Below the pieces are notes generated by a model. The model worked only from the letters and a program-made list of their open reading frames with translations. It was not told the DNA's origin and did not search any database. A DNA stretch of 64,000 bases from Candidatus Levyibacteriota bacterium (GTDB taxonomy: Bacteria > Patescibacteriota > Microgenomatia > Levybacterales > UBA12049). This document shows positions 19,995-29,936 of the stretch, in pieces (position 1 is the first letter of the stretch; each line of letters begins with the position of its first letter). Location of the stretch: NCBI GenBank assembly GCA_016186645.1, contig JACPLF010000007.1:9151-73150 (forward strand), given 5' to 3'. The translations under genes were made by a program, and so were the position numbers.

Positions 19995-20208
19995 GTTTCT
20001 TAAAACCTTAGGGGAAAGATCTAAAGAGCAAGAAAGAATAATAAAAGGAATGCTTTTGCCAAAACTCTTTACTGAAATTAGTTTTTGGTTTGGAAATCAT
20101 CCGTGGAGAATCTTAATCCCTCTTGCTATTATTCTGACTTTAATACTTCATGGAGTTCTGGGAAAAAGATATGACGAACTCATTCTAAAAATATTCGGAA
20201 AGCTATGA
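19975..20208 (+). CDS. candidate anti-sigma factor (small single-TM protein overlapping sigma gene)
   Basis: 20-nt overlap with the ECF sigma gene. One TM helix. Assignment by context only. Confidence 0.3.
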   Translation: MHMNEREFLKTLGERSKEQERIIKGMLLPKLFTEISFWFGNHPWRILIPLAIILTLILHGVLGKRYDELILKIFGKL

Positions 20209-20522
20209 AGAAGAGTACTTTTTTAATTTTTAGCGCGTATATCTGGACAAAAACTCTTCTTGGGCTAACCTTTAATCCATTTATGACAATTAGGCAGGTT
20301 ACTAGGCGCCCTATACTTCTTCCTGTAATCTTTTCTCCAATTATTGGGCTGGTTGCTTTTTTCGTATTTGGAAGAATCGGAGCTTTTTTATTGGATTTTT
20401 ATGGACTAAAAAGAGAGGTAATTGCATTTTTTCTTAGCACTGTTCTAATATCTATCTTGCTCTGGCAAGCTTTGTTAATATATCTACTTATAAGTTTTCT
20501 TTTTGCTTTATGGCGGCGATAG
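20205..20522 (+). CDS. hypothetical membrane protein (3 TM)
   Basis: Start overlaps the preceding gene (ATGA). Hydrophobic. Confidence 0.3.
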   Translation: MKKSTFLIFSAYIWTKTLLGLTFNPFMTIRQVTRRPILLPVIFSPIIGLVAFFVFGRIGAFLLDFYGLKREVIAFFLSTVLISILLWQALLIYLLISFLFALWRR

Positions 20523-21067
20523 ATCATATAGTTTTGGTGGATAAAAATAATAATGTTTTGGGTGTTGCTCCAAAATTAGAATCTCACAACAAAAATACTC
20601 CATTACATAGAGCTTTTTCTTTATTTCTTTTTAATTCAAAGGGGGAATTATTATTGCAACAAAGAAGTAAAAATAAAAAGACGTGGCCTCTTGTTTGGTC
20701 AAATTCAGTCTGCGGTCACCCAATGTTAAATGAAAAAAACTCAGATGCTGTAAAAAGAAGACTTGAATTTGAGTTGGGAATCAAACTTGAAAAAGTATAT
20801 GAAATATTACCCAATTTTTCCTATCGTGCTGAAATGAATGGAATAGTAGAGAACGAGCTTTGCCCGGTTCTTGTGGCTTTTACCAACGCTGACCCAATTC
20901 CAAACACAGACGAAATCGAAAGCATAAGGTGGATAAAATGGCAGGATTTTACAAAAGAAATTAAAGAAAAACCCGGAACATATTCTGTATGGTGCGAGAT
21001 GGAAGCTAAATTGTTAGAAAATAATAAAGAGTTTTTATCTCTTTGGGGATTGTTTGCGTCTTCTTGA
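20510..21067 (+). CDS. idi: isopentenyl-diphosphate delta-isomerase, type 1 (Nudix)
   Basis: HRAFSLFLFN..GELLLQQRS..KTWPLVWSNSVCGHP, conserved Cys/Glu. Confidence 0.8.
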   Translation: MAAIDHIVLVDKNNNVLGVAPKLESHNKNTPLHRAFSLFLFNSKGELLLQQRSKNKKTWPLVWSNSVCGHPMLNEKNSDAVKRRLEFELGIKLEKVYEILPNFSYRAEMNGIVENELCPVLVAFTNADPIPNTDEIESIRWIKWQDFTKEIKEKPGTYSVWCEMEAKLLENNKEFLSLWGLFASS

Positions 21068-21517
21068 TTTTCCGCCCATGCCGACTTTTCTTCTTTCCCT
21101 AACTCTTGGATCCCGCGTAAGCATTCCTTTTTTCTTAAGAATAGAATGGAATTTTTCCCGGTCTACCTTGTCCAAAGCTCTGGCCATGGCTAAAACCGAA
21201 GCTTCAAGCTGCCCCATTTTTCCTCCGCCACTAACTTTAATAGATATGGCAAACTTATTTTCCGTACCTGTCGCCTGTAAAGGCTCTCTGTACGCGCCTT
21301 CAAAGCTCTTACCAAAGTACGCCAAGGCAGGCTTGTTGTTAACAAATACCTCTCCTTTTTTGACTGTTGCACCCCAAACGACCGTATCTTTTTTATAGAG
21401 ACGGGCTTGCGCTGTTGAAGACTTTCGTCTCCCGATCGCAAAAATATAATCTTGTTTTACAGATTTAATTTCTTGTTTTGTTTGTTCTAATTTATTAGTT
21501 TGATCAATCATATGCAT
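21035..21517 (-). CDS. rpsI: 30S ribosomal protein S9
   Basis: GRRKSSTAQARL ... RKQSPKR C-terminus. Probable N-terminal overcall. Confidence 0.9.
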   Translation of the reverse strand: MHMIDQTNKLEQTKQEIKSVKQDYIFAIGRRKSSTAQARLYKKDTVVWGATVKKGEVFVNNKPALAYFGKSFEGAYREPLQATGTENKFAISIKVSGGGKMGQLEASVLAMARALDKVDREKFHSILKKKGMLTRDPRVRERRKVGMGGKSRRRKQSPKR

Positions 21518-21584
21518 TCATTGTTATATTGCTCAATTGCTCTATTGTTAATCTTAGCAATGAAACAATTTAACAATCGAACAA

Positions 21585-22019
21585 TTATTTCTTTTCCTGA
21601 ACTTTAAATTTATCTTTATAAGTATGTTCCGCACCTTTAAATATGAATAGGCGAGTTAACATTTTATCTCTTAATTTATTTTGCGGCAACATTCCCAAAA
21701 CTGCAAATCTTATTATATCTCCCGGACTTCTGCGTCTCAACTCCATAAGTGTTTCTTCTCTATATCCTCCCGGATAACCTGAATGGCGGGAGTATCTTTT
21801 TTGTGTTTCTTTTTTTCCTGTTACCTTAACTTTTTCTGCGTTTATCACAACAACATAATCTCCGCAATCTAGATTGCTAACAAAATAAGGCTTTGATTTT
21901 CCTATCAAAATTTTAGCAATTTCACTTGCGATTCTCCCAAGGATTTTTCCCTCAGCATCAAACAAATGCCATGAGCGTTTTATTTCCGATAATTTTGTTG
22001 AAGCCGTTACGTCTTTCAT
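21585..22019 (-). CDS. rplM: 50S ribosomal protein L13
   Basis: WHLFDAEGKILGRIAS, L13 signature. Confidence 0.9.
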   Translation of the reverse strand: MKDVTASTKLSEIKRSWHLFDAEGKILGRIASEIAKILIGKSKPYFVSNLDCGDYVVVINAEKVKVTGKKETQKRYSRHSGYPGGYREETLMELRRRSPGDIIRFAVLGMLPQNKLRDKMLTRLFIFKGAEHTYKDKFKVQEKK

Positions 22020-22456
22020 TATTTCTTTGTAGCCTTTCTTTTTGTTTTTGGCTTTTCTGCCTTGCCTGCTGGCAATTCCTTAATTTCATTTTTAATTTCC
22101 GGTTTAATAACCCATTCCATCGAAACCATCGCTGCATTATCAGAAAATCTTCTGCCCAATTTTATAATAGTTGTATAACCACTGCTTCTGTCTTTAAATC
22201 TTGGTGCTATCTCTTTTATAACTTTATCTATAGCTTCTACTCCAATATGAGGCCGTAAAAGCTGAATCTTGAGAGTTATATCTCCTTTTTTGGCTTTATT
22301 AACAATTTTATCAACATCACCTTTGATTGCCTTTGCTTTCTCTAAAGTTGTCCTAATGCTGCCTTGAAGAATCAACGCAGAAATAAGGCTTTTGAAAAGC
22401 GATTTTCTTTCATTTGCGTCTCTACTAAATTGTCTTCCAAAAACATTCTTTCTCAT
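22019..22456 (-). CDS. rplQ: 50S ribosomal protein L17
   Basis: MRKNVFGRQFSRDANERKSLFK. Confidence 0.9.
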   Translation of the reverse strand: MRKNVFGRQFSRDANERKSLFKSLISALILQGSIRTTLEKAKAIKGDVDKIVNKAKKGDITLKIQLLRPHIGVEAIDKVIKEIAPRFKDRSSGYTTIIKLGRRFSDNAAMVSMEWVIKPEIKNEIKELPAGKAEKPKTKRKATKK

Positions 22457-22588
22457 AGTGTTTTGACTGTAGAAAATAGAAGCTTGAAAGTAGGTATTGA
22501 AGGTAGAAGTTGGAAGATAAAAAACAGTCTCTCTACCCTCTATCTTCGATCTTCAAATTTCTATCTTCCACTGTCTATTTTCTATCGT

Positions 22589-23512
22589 CTATGCTGATAA
22601 AGATACACCTTTTTCTTTAAGCTTCTCTTCAATAACAATAATGGATTTGTTTCCCATGTTCCGCATAGATATTAAATCTTTTCTTGTTGTGGACAAAAGC
22701 TGACCTAAAGTTTCGATTCCTCCATTGTGAAGACTGTTGTAAATTCTTGTTGGCAGATCCAATTCATCTATGGTGAGTTTTGAAATATTGTCTGCGATAG
22801 ATGGTTTTGAGCTGACGGACTCAGAAGAAGTCAAAGATTTCGGTTCATAAATTTGCAGAAAATAAGAAGTTAAGATTTTGGACGCTTCAACGAGCGCATC
22901 TTTTGGACTTACGATTCCGTTAGTCCAAACACTTAACAATAATTTGTCCAAATCTGTTTGTCTTCCAACTCGGGTCGCAGAAACTTCATAACTTATTCTT
23001 TTAACAGGAGTAAAAACTGCGTCTGTTGGAATTAAACCAATTTGAGTAGCTCTTCTTTCTTCAGCAGATGAATATCCAAAACCTTGCTCAATTGTTAATT
23101 CCATTTCGAGTTTTGCTTTTTTGTCATTGATAGATGCAATATAGTGATCTTTATTGACAATTTCTACATTTTCAGGAAGATCAAAATCGTTACCCGTTAT
23201 CTTTTTTGATCCCTTTACAGACATCAATACTTTACCTTTGCTGGAATCATCAAGAAGACGAAAATTCAAACCTTTTATGTTGAGCAAAAGATCAACCACA
23301 TTTTCTTTAACTCCCGGGATCGTTGAAAACTTATGCTTTACACCGCTTATTTTTATTGTTGTTACAGCTGCTCCTGGAATAGAGGTAAGAAGCGCACGCC
23401 TTAAAGCATTACCCAAGGTATGGCCATAGCCTGGCTCTAAAGGCTCTATCGTGAACTCGCTATGGCTACTGTCTATTTTTTCTTCTTTTACTTTGAACGT
23501 TGGATTTGCCAT
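22589..23512 (-). CDS. rpoA: DNA-directed RNA polymerase subunit alpha
   Basis: EPLEPGYGHTLGNALRRALL, C-terminal domain present. Confidence 0.95.
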   Translation of the reverse strand: MANPTFKVKEEKIDSSHSEFTIEPLEPGYGHTLGNALRRALLTSIPGAAVTTIKISGVKHKFSTIPGVKENVVDLLLNIKGLNFRLLDDSSKGKVLMSVKGSKKITGNDFDLPENVEIVNKDHYIASINDKKAKLEMELTIEQGFGYSSAEERRATQIGLIPTDAVFTPVKRISYEVSATRVGRQTDLDKLLLSVWTNGIVSPKDALVEASKILTSYFLQIYEPKSLTSSESVSSKPSIADNISKLTIDELDLPTRIYNSLHNGGIETLGQLLSTTRKDLISMRNMGNKSIIVIEEKLKEKGVSLSA

Positions 23513-23528
23513 AATGTTATTTCTAAAT

Positions 23529-23596
23529 TGTCATGCTGAATTTATTTCAGCATCTAATGGTTATTGTCAAGATTCTGAAACAAGTTCAGAATGACA
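23529..23596. repeat. two tandem copies of the TGTCA(T/A)NCTGAA hairpin repeat in the rpoA-rpsD spacer
   Basis: TGTCATGCTGAATTTATTTCAGCAT and TGTCAAGATTCTGAAACAAGTTCAGAATGACA. Confidence 0.6.
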
Positions 23597-23625
23597 CGCG
23601 TTCAGCCATAAACGTTATTGTACCA

Positions 23626-24234
23626 CTATCTGGAATAATATTCAATAATCAGCTGTAAATCGAATGGCGGCTTAACATCGTCTTTCTTGGGCATCCTTAA
23701 GAGTTTTCCTGACATGCCTGATCTCTTCAAAAAGGGCACTATAACTTTATCCTTATCTTCCAATAAAGTTAATACTTGTACATTTTTCTGTGCCTTGGGA
23801 GCAAGACTTATAACGTCTTCTAATTTTACTTGATAGGATGGGACGTTTAATTTTTCTCCATTAACAAGAACATGTCTGTGGCCTACCATTTGGCGTGCTT
23901 GCATTCTTGTTTTTGCAAATCCCAAACGATAAATTATATTATCCAATCTTGTTTCCAAAAGTGCCATTAATAATTCGCCGGTTTCGCCTTTTTTACGTCT
24001 GACCCTCTTAACCAAATTACCAAATTGTTTTTCCAATAATCCATATATTGCCTTTGCTTTTTGTTTTTCGCGAAGCTGCTGTCCATATTCAGAAAGCCTT
24101 CTCTTCATCTTTCTTCCATGAACACCACCCGGAGGAACATTTAAGCGTCTTTGCAGACTTGCAGATTCTTTTTCAAGAATATTTGCGCCTTCTCTTCTTG
24201 CTATCTTATGTTTTGGTCCTGTATATCTAGCCAT
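23626..24234 (-). CDS. rpsD: 30S ribosomal protein S4
   Basis: MARYTGPKHKIARREG. Confidence 0.95.
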   Translation of the reverse strand: MARYTGPKHKIARREGANILEKESASLQRRLNVPPGGVHGRKMKRRLSEYGQQLREKQKAKAIYGLLEKQFGNLVKRVRRKKGETGELLMALLETRLDNIIYRLGFAKTRMQARQMVGHRHVLVNGEKLNVPSYQVKLEDVISLAPKAQKNVQVLTLLEDKDKVIVPFLKRSGMSGKLLRMPKKDDVKPPFDLQLIIEYYSR

Positions 24235-24236
24235 TT

Positions 24237-24677
24237 TTATATCCTCCTTTTCTTCTTTGCTCTTGGCCCATTGTGTGGGATCGGCGTTATGTCTGCAATC
24301 AAAGAAATCGATAAGCCTGCGCTTTTGATTGCCCGAAGCGCAGAATCCCTACCTGATCCCGGCCCCTTAACATATACCTCAACAGTTTTCAGGCCCTTCT
24401 CTACGGCTTTTTTAACAACAGCTTCCATAGCACTACTTGCTGCAAAAGGTGTTGATTTTCTTGTGCCTTTAAATCCTGCCGAACCGGCACTGCTCCATCC
24501 AATAGTATCTCCTTTATCATTGGTTATCGTTATCAAAGTATTGTTGAATGTAGAAGTTATATATGCACGCCCATTACCCGATACTACAACTTGAGCTTTT
24601 TTTCGTCCCGAGGACGATCCGCCTCTGGCGGGAACTTTTTCTGCACCAGATTGTAAATTTTGTTTTACGTCTACCAT
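24237..24677 (-). CDS. rpsK: 30S ribosomal protein S11
   Basis: [24 protein letters not shown]. Confidence 0.95.
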   Translation of the reverse strand: MVDVKQNLQSGAEKVPARGGSSSGRKKAQVVVSGNGRAYITSTFNNTLITITNDKGDTIGWSSAGSAGFKGTRKSTPFAASSAMEAVVKKAVEKGLKTVEVYVKGPGSGRDSALRAIKSAGLSISLIADITPIPHNGPRAKKKRRI

Positions 24678-24682
24678 ATCCG

Positions 24683-25087
24683 TTACTTAGTCTCCTTTTT
24701 TGCTGTCTCTGTTTTTGCTGCTTCCTCTTTCTTAATTGCTCCAATTGTAACTCTCTTTCCTCTTTTTGTTCTGGCATTAGAGCGGGTTCTTTGACCGCGA
24801 ACTGGAAGATTTTTACTGTGTCTTGAACCCCTGTAAGATACTATTTCTTTTAGTCTTTTTATATTAGCCTGAACTTCCGCTCTTAAATCCCCCTCTAATT
24901 TATATCCCTCCAATACTTTTTGGATTCTCTTCTGCTCATCTTCTGATAGAACAGTTACTCTTTTTGAGCTTTCTACTTCTGCTTTTTTAAGGATATCGAC
25001 AACATTTTTGCGTCCAATTCCATAAATATAAGTCAAAGCAATGTCAACTCTTTTTGCATCTTGTAAATTGTATCCTGCAATCCTCAT
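24683..25087 (-). CDS. rpsM: 30S ribosomal protein S13
   Basis: [26 protein letters not shown]. Start moved to the conserved Met; the track start lies inside the AT-rich repeat. Confidence 0.9.
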   Translation of the reverse strand: MRIAGYNLQDAKRVDIALTYIYGIGRKNVVDILKKAEVESSKRVTVLSEDEQKRIQKVLEGYKLEGDLRAEVQANIKRLKEIVSYRGSRHSKNLPVRGQRTRSNARTKRGKRVTIGAIKKEEAAKTETAKKETK

Positions 25088-25089
25088 AA

Positions 25090-25183
25090 TAATATTAAAT
25101 TTTAAATAGTAAATTGTAAAAATACATTGCAAATTTAAAATTTTCTATGTAGATTTACTATTTACAATTTTCTATTTGCTATG
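25090..25183. repeat. AT-rich ~80-bp intergenic repeat, copy A (rpmJ/rpsM spacer)
   Basis: Shares core TAAATAGTAAATTGCAAAAATACATT...TTTACTATTTACAATTTTCTATTTGCTAT with the other copies. Confidence 0.8.
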
Positions 25184-25186
25184 ATT

Positions 25187-25300
25187 CTAGCCTTGTCTTT
25201 GTTTGTGCTTTGGATTTTCGCAAACAACTCTTACCACACCTCTTCGTCTTATGATTTTGCATTTGACACATCTTTTTTTAACACTTGCTTGAACCTTCAT
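25187..25300 (-). CDS. rpmJ: 50S ribosomal protein L36 (not in ORF track; 37 aa)
   Basis: Translated by hand as [37 protein letters not shown] with the C-x2-C-x12-C-x4-H ribbon. Sits in the canonical infA-rpmJ-rpsM position. Confidence 0.85.
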   Translation of the reverse strand: MKVQASVKKRCVKCKIIRRRGVVRVVCENPKHKQRQG

Positions 25301-25384
25301 AAAAATATTAAATATTAAATAGTAAATTGCAAAAATACATTTAAAATTTCAAATGTGTATTTACTATTTACAATTTTCTATTTG
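25301..25384. repeat. AT-rich intergenic repeat, copy B (infA/rpmJ spacer)
   Basis: Near-identical to copy C. Confidence 0.85.
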
Positions 25385-25603
25385 CTATTTATAACGGTAC
25401 ACTATTCTTCCTTTCGTCTTGTCATACGGAGTCATTTCGACTCTGACCTTATCTCCGGGCAAGATTTTTATAAAATTCATTCTCATTTTGCCCGATAAGT
25501 GACAAAGAATTATAGCTCCATTTGTCAGTTCTACTCTAAAAAGGGTATTGGGTAAAGACTCCTTAACAACGCCTTCTATCTCAAAAGATCCCTGGTGTGC
25601 CAT
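25385..25603 (-). CDS. infA: translation initiation factor IF-1
   Basis: S1-like fold: [20 protein letters not shown]... Confidence 0.95.
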   Translation of the reverse strand: MAHQGSFEIEGVVKESLPNTLFRVELTNGAIILCHLSGKMRMNFIKILPGDKVRVEMTPYDKTKGRIVYRYK

Positions 25604-25692
25604 AGTAAATTTAAAATAGTAAATTGCAAAAATACATTTAAAATTTCAAATGTGTATTTACTATTTACAATTTTCTATTTGCTATTGAAGCC
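25604..25692. repeat. AT-rich intergenic repeat, copy C (map/infA spacer)
   Basis: Near-identical to copy B. Confidence 0.85.
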
Positions 25693-25723
25693 AATTATAC
25701 CAGACTAGCCTCTAAAGAACAAG

Positions 25724-26512
25724 CTATTTAGTTAACACTATTGCCCCCTCGTTTGTGATGGCTATTGTTCTTTCAAAAAGTCCCGACAGACTACCATCTT
25801 TACTTTTTATAGTCCACCCATCGGAATTTGAAAATACAACCTCGCTCTTACCCATATTGTAAATTGCTTCAATTGCAATTGTCATACCAATTTTCAGAAG
25901 AGGCGTTTCCAAGACAGAGCCATCCAAAAAGCCTGGAACTTCAGGATCTTCATGAAGCTCCCGACCTACTCCATGGCCAATCAGACTTCTTACAACAGAA
26001 TATCCTTGCCCTTCCACAACTTTCTGAATTGCTTTTGAAATATCTCCTACTCTATTTCCTGCTTTTGCAGCTTCTATTCCCTCCCACATCGCCTTCTCCC
26101 CAGTCTTCAGAAACTTATCCACCTCATCCAAACTTTGAACTTGCCTGCCCACCGAGGAGGGGAACCTTGAACTTTTAACTCGCACCGTCTGTGCGGCGTC
26201 CGTGTGAAACCCTTTATAATATACTCCGCAATCTATTCCAACTACATCTCCATCTTTCAATCTATGTTCTGTTGGAACTCCATGAACAACAACGTCATTT
26301 ATAGAGATGCAAATCGTGTGCTTATACCCATCAACTTTCTTAAATCCGGGCTCAGCACCTTTTTCAATAATTAACTTTTCCGCCAATTGGTCTAATTCCA
26401 ATTCTGAAACTCCGGCTTTTGCATGCTTTAAAACTTCTTTTAAAACTTCTGCCAATATTTCTCCACCCTCTCGCATTATCTCAATTTCCTCTTTTGTTTT
26501 TACCTTAATCAT
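25724..26512 (-). CDS. map: type I methionine aminopeptidase
   Basis: Metal ligands in DVVGIDCGV and GHGVGRELHE. Confidence 0.9.
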   Translation of the reverse strand: MIKVKTKEEIEIMREGGEILAEVLKEVLKHAKAGVSELELDQLAEKLIIEKGAEPGFKKVDGYKHTICISINDVVVHGVPTEHRLKDGDVVGIDCGVYYKGFHTDAAQTVRVKSSRFPSSVGRQVQSLDEVDKFLKTGEKAMWEGIEAAKAGNRVGDISKAIQKVVEGQGYSVVRSLIGHGVGRELHEDPEVPGFLDGSVLETPLLKIGMTIAIEAIYNMGKSEVVFSNSDGWTIKSKDGSLSGLFERTIAITNEGAIVLTK

Positions 26513-27069
26513 TTTATTCCTAATCGATTTAATATATCCTGATGAATTTCTTCAATATGTCTTTCTCCATTTATCTCCTCAAGTATTCCTTTTTCTTTAA
26601 AATAATTTATTACTGGTAATCTCTCTTCTCCTTGAACCCTCAATCTTCTTACAACTATTTCAGGATCATCATCGGGGCGGCCCTCCCTGCCTTTCTTAAG
26701 CATTCTTCCTAGTCTTTCCTGATCAGATATATTTATTAGGAATACTTTGTTTACCGAAAGATAATTTTCCGAAAGATATTTATTAAAAACGTCAAGGCCG
26801 TCTTGTCTTTCAGGAAAATTATCAAGTATAAAGCCGCTTTTTGCTTTATCCATCCTCTCTTTAAGTAAAGGAAATTTAATCTCAATAGGAAGATGAAGTC
26901 CTTTCATACTATATTCCTCAAATGCTTTTGCTATTCTCTGGTTGCCTTCATCGCGAGCTTGCCTAATTAGAGCCCCCATTGAAAAAACCGGCAAATTAAG
27001 TTTTTGCCCAAGAAGCTTTGATTGTGTACCTTTACCTATATAAGGCGGCCCAATAAAAATAATAATCAT
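26509..27069 (-). CDS. adenylate/nucleoside-monophosphate kinase (short, LID-less), copy 2
   Basis: P-loop IGPPYIGKGTQ and FILDNFPE (NMP-binding) motifs. Confidence 0.6.
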   Translation of the reverse strand: MIIIFIGPPYIGKGTQSKLLGQKLNLPVFSMGALIRQARDEGNQRIAKAFEEYSMKGLHLPIEIKFPLLKERMDKAKSGFILDNFPERQDGLDVFNKYLSENYLSVNKVFLINISDQERLGRMLKKGREGRPDDDPEIVVRRLRVQGEERLPVINYFKEKGILEEINGERHIEEIHQDILNRLGIK

Positions 27070-27638
27070 TAATTCTCCTTAAGTGCATCTTGAATTTTAT
27101 TTTTAAGCTCGCCCAAACTGCTATTATTTTCTATAAATATGTCTGAGAGCGCAAGACAGATTGCAACCTGCAGTCCTTTTTTTCCTTCTCCAATCCCCAA
27201 ATCTCGGTTATCCAATTTATTGAATAATTGCCAATTTAATTCTTCGCGCCTCTTAAGTTTTTTAAGCCTGTCAAATCGAATTTTTCTATTTACTACAATG
27301 CCAATCAATTTAAAATTGCCTTGTTTTCTGAATTCATCAATCTCCGAATCATTCCTAAAACCTTCAACAACAACTTTTTTCATTTCTCTTTTACTAATTA
27401 ATTCTAGAGCCTTTTTGGCTAGGATTCCTGGACGGTATTTCTCCCTCCACTCGTTTCCCAAATCTTGAAGAAGTTGACGCGTAATATCTTTTTCTCCTCG
27501 ATTTTTCAATTCTTCTTCTAAAAATTGCACTAAGCTAATCTTCGTAAATCCAAGACTTTTAAGAATTTCAGCGGCTGTTGATTTACCGCTGCCAAATGCT
27601 CCTGTGATTCCTATGATAAGAGGTTTATTTTCTAACAC
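27069..27638 (-). CDS. P-loop nucleotide kinase (dephospho-CoA kinase / NMP kinase-like)
   Basis: IIGITGAFGSGKST Walker A resembling CoaE/cytidylate-kinase-like families. Confidence 0.45.
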   Translation of the reverse strand: MLENKPLIIGITGAFGSGKSTAAEILKSLGFTKISLVQFLEEELKNRGEKDITRQLLQDLGNEWREKYRPGILAKKALELISKREMKKVVVEGFRNDSEIDEFRKQGNFKLIGIVVNRKIRFDRLKKLKRREELNWQLFNKLDNRDLGIGEGKKGLQVAICLALSDIFIENNSSLGELKNKIQDALKEN

Positions 27639-27639
27639 A

Positions 27640-28179
27640 CTAGCTTTTAATTTGCTCCATTATTTCTTTGTGAATTTCTTCAATTGATTTTTCTCCATCT
27701 ATCTCAACCAGTATCCCATTTTGTTTATAATAATCCAAAACCGGTTCTGTTAATTCATGAAAAAGTTCAATTCTTTTTCTAATAGCTGTTAGTGTTTCAT
27801 CTTCACGACTATCCCCATTTCTATAAGAAAGCCTCCACAATGCTTCCCTGTCTGAAACTTTCAGATAGACAACTTTATCAACTCCATTCTCAAACATTTT
27901 TACCTGCTCCAAAGTTCTTGGAAATCCATCCAGAATATAGCCTTTTTTATATTCAGGTTTTTTAAGATATTCGCTCACTATTTCAACTGTTTTTTCATCA
28001 GGAATCAGATATCCGGCGTTCATAATCTCTTTTATGTAACGACCAAGCGGAGTTTTTTCTTTTGCCATTTCTCTGAAAATATGTCCTGTTGAAAGATAAG
28101 GAATCTTGAGGTTTTCAGACAAAAGATTTCCTTGAGTCGATTTTCCTGCTCCTTGAATACCTATCAGTATAATCTTCAT
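27640..28179 (-). CDS. adk: adenylate kinase
   Basis: GIQGAGKSTQ, YILDGFPRT. Canonical position after secY. Confidence 0.8.
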   Translation of the reverse strand: MKIILIGIQGAGKSTQGNLLSENLKIPYLSTGHIFREMAKEKTPLGRYIKEIMNAGYLIPDEKTVEIVSEYLKKPEYKKGYILDGFPRTLEQVKMFENGVDKVVYLKVSDREALWRLSYRNGDSREDETLTAIRKRIELFHELTEPVLDYYKQNGILVEIDGEKSIEEIHKEIMEQIKS

Positions 28180-28221
28180 AGTAAATTTAAAATAGTAAAC
28201 TTCAAATACACATTTAAGATT
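28180..28221. repeat. AT-rich intergenic repeat, partial copy D
   Basis: CATAGTAAATTTAAAATAGTAAAC... left flank of the four-helix-bundle gene. Confidence 0.6.
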
Positions 28222-28608
28222 TTAAATAGATCTTTTTCCTTTAATTGTTAGTATACTTGACGCAAAGATATTTGAATACTCATCAAGTTCTTTTAAGAAT
28301 GGATCCGCTTTTTCTTTAGATGTGCGTTTGGAATCTCTTAGAAGCGCTACCCATACTTTACTTTCGTTGGAAGATTTTAAGCAATATTGAATAAATATTA
28401 AAAACTCTTTTTTAGAACTTGCCGATTGACCTTCAATGTAGTTGCCCAAGATGCTTGTACCGCTTCTTAAAAGTTGATCGCCAATAATATATGATACACG
28501 ATCTTTCGGAAGATTATCAATAAATTCTATTAATCTCAAAATAAAACTATAAAGCTTTCTTTTAAATTCCTCTTTATTAAATTGTTTTTTTATATTTTCT
28601 GTTTGCAT
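28222..28608 (-). CDS. four-helix-bundle protein (TIGR02436 / 23S-rRNA-intervening-sequence-protein family)
   Basis: QLLRSGTSILGNYIEG..KKEFLIFIQYCLKSSNESKVW matches the family consensus. Inserted between secY and adk and flanked by AT-rich repeat copies. Confidence 0.65.
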   Translation of the reverse strand: MQTENIKKQFNKEEFKRKLYSFILRLIEFIDNLPKDRVSYIIGDQLLRSGTSILGNYIEGQSASSKKEFLIFIQYCLKSSNESKVWVALLRDSKRTSKEKADPFLKELDEYSNIFASSILTIKGKRSI

Positions 28609-28646
28609 TTTAAAATGTATTTTTACAATTTACTATTTACAATTTA
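28609..28646. repeat. AT-rich intergenic repeat, partial copy E
   Basis: ...TTTTACAATTTACTATTTACAATTTACTATT right flank of the four-helix-bundle gene. Confidence 0.6.
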
Positions 28647-29936
28647 CTATTTTTTGTTGTAGCCTTCGTAATTTCGCATAACCAGCTGAGCTTCAATTGA
28701 TTTGATGGTTTCCAAAACCACAGACACAACGATTAAAATTCCCGTTCCTCCCAACATAAGTGTTTGTACATTTGTGAATGCGCGGGCAATAGTTGGAAAA
28801 ATTGCAATAGTTCCCAAAAATATTGCACCAGCTAATGTTATACGAGTCAAGATGTAATTTAAATAGCTTGCTGTAGGAGTACCTGGTCTAATTCCAGGAA
28901 TAAAACCTCCATATTTCTGTATTTCCCCAGCTATTTTTTTTGGATTAAAAATAACAGCAGTATAAAAATATGTAAAGCCTACAACTAATATAAAGTAAAG
29001 GCCATTGTAGAATGCGCCATTGGGATCAAATAATCCTGTTATGGTTGCAGCAAGATTACTTAAGAATCTATTGGGAGATGCAGTTAAATAATTAGCAACT
29101 ACTGATGGCAAAAGAACTAAGGAAACAGCAAAGATTATTGGGATTACACCTGCCTGATTCACTCGAAGCGGCAGATGAGTTGATTGACCTCCATACATTT
29201 TATTTCCCCTGACTCTTTTTGCATAATAAACAGTTATTCGGCGGGTTCCTTCATTAATAAGAATTATGGATGCAATTACAAACAAACCTATTGCCAAGAA
29301 CGTGATTAAATTGAAAAAATTAGCAGCATTTACAGTTGATAATGTCTGGCCAAAAATAACAGGAATTCTTCCGACAATTCCCGCAAATATAAGAAGAGAA
29401 ATTCCATTTCCGACTCCTTTTTCAGAAATTAACTCTCCCAACCAAACTAAAAGCATTGTTCCTGCAGTCATTGTTGCAACAAAAGATATGATGTCAATTG
29501 TACTTAGGGTAGAAATAATTCCCTGACTACGCAAAAGCGCGTACATACCAATTGATTGCAAAATTGCTAAAGGAACTGTCAGCATCCTTGTGTACTGATT
29601 GATCTTTTGTCTTCCTGATTCTCCTTCTTTAGATAATGCTTCGAGTTTTGGGAAAACCATTGTTAATAATTGTAAAATAATGGAAGCATTAATATATGGG
29701 TTAAGTCCTAGTGCCATTACAGAAAAGTTGGCAAGCGTTCCTCCTGAAAAAATATCCAAAAGGCCTAGGAATTGATTTTGTGAAAAAAGGGATTTTAATG
29801 CGTCTAGATTTACACCTGCAACAGGTATATGGGCGAAGATTCTAAAGACGACGAAAATAGCTGCAGTAAATAAAAGCTTTTTCCTGACGTCTGGAGTTTT
29901 TATACTTTTACTAAAAATTCCAAAAATATTGTTCAT
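28647..29936 (-). CDS. secY: preprotein translocase subunit SecY
   Basis: 10 TM helices, SecY signatures. Confidence 0.95.
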   Translation of the reverse strand: MNNIFGIFSKSIKTPDVRKKLLFTAAIFVVFRIFAHIPVAGVNLDALKSLFSQNQFLGLLDIFSGGTLANFSVMALGLNPYINASIILQLLTMVFPKLEALSKEGESGRQKINQYTRMLTVPLAILQSIGMYALLRSQGIISTLSTIDIISFVATMTAGTMLLVWLGELISEKGVGNGISLLIFAGIVGRIPVIFGQTLSTVNAANFFNLITFLAIGLFVIASIILINEGTRRITVYYAKRVRGNKMYGGQSTHLPLRVNQAGVIPIIFAVSLVLLPSVVANYLTASPNRFLSNLAATITGLFDPNGAFYNGLYFILVVGFTYFYTAVIFNPKKIAGEIQKYGGFIPGIRPGTPTASYLNYILTRITLAGAIFLGTIAIFPTIARAFTNVQTLMLGGTGILIVVSVVLETIKSIEAQLVMRNYEGYNKK

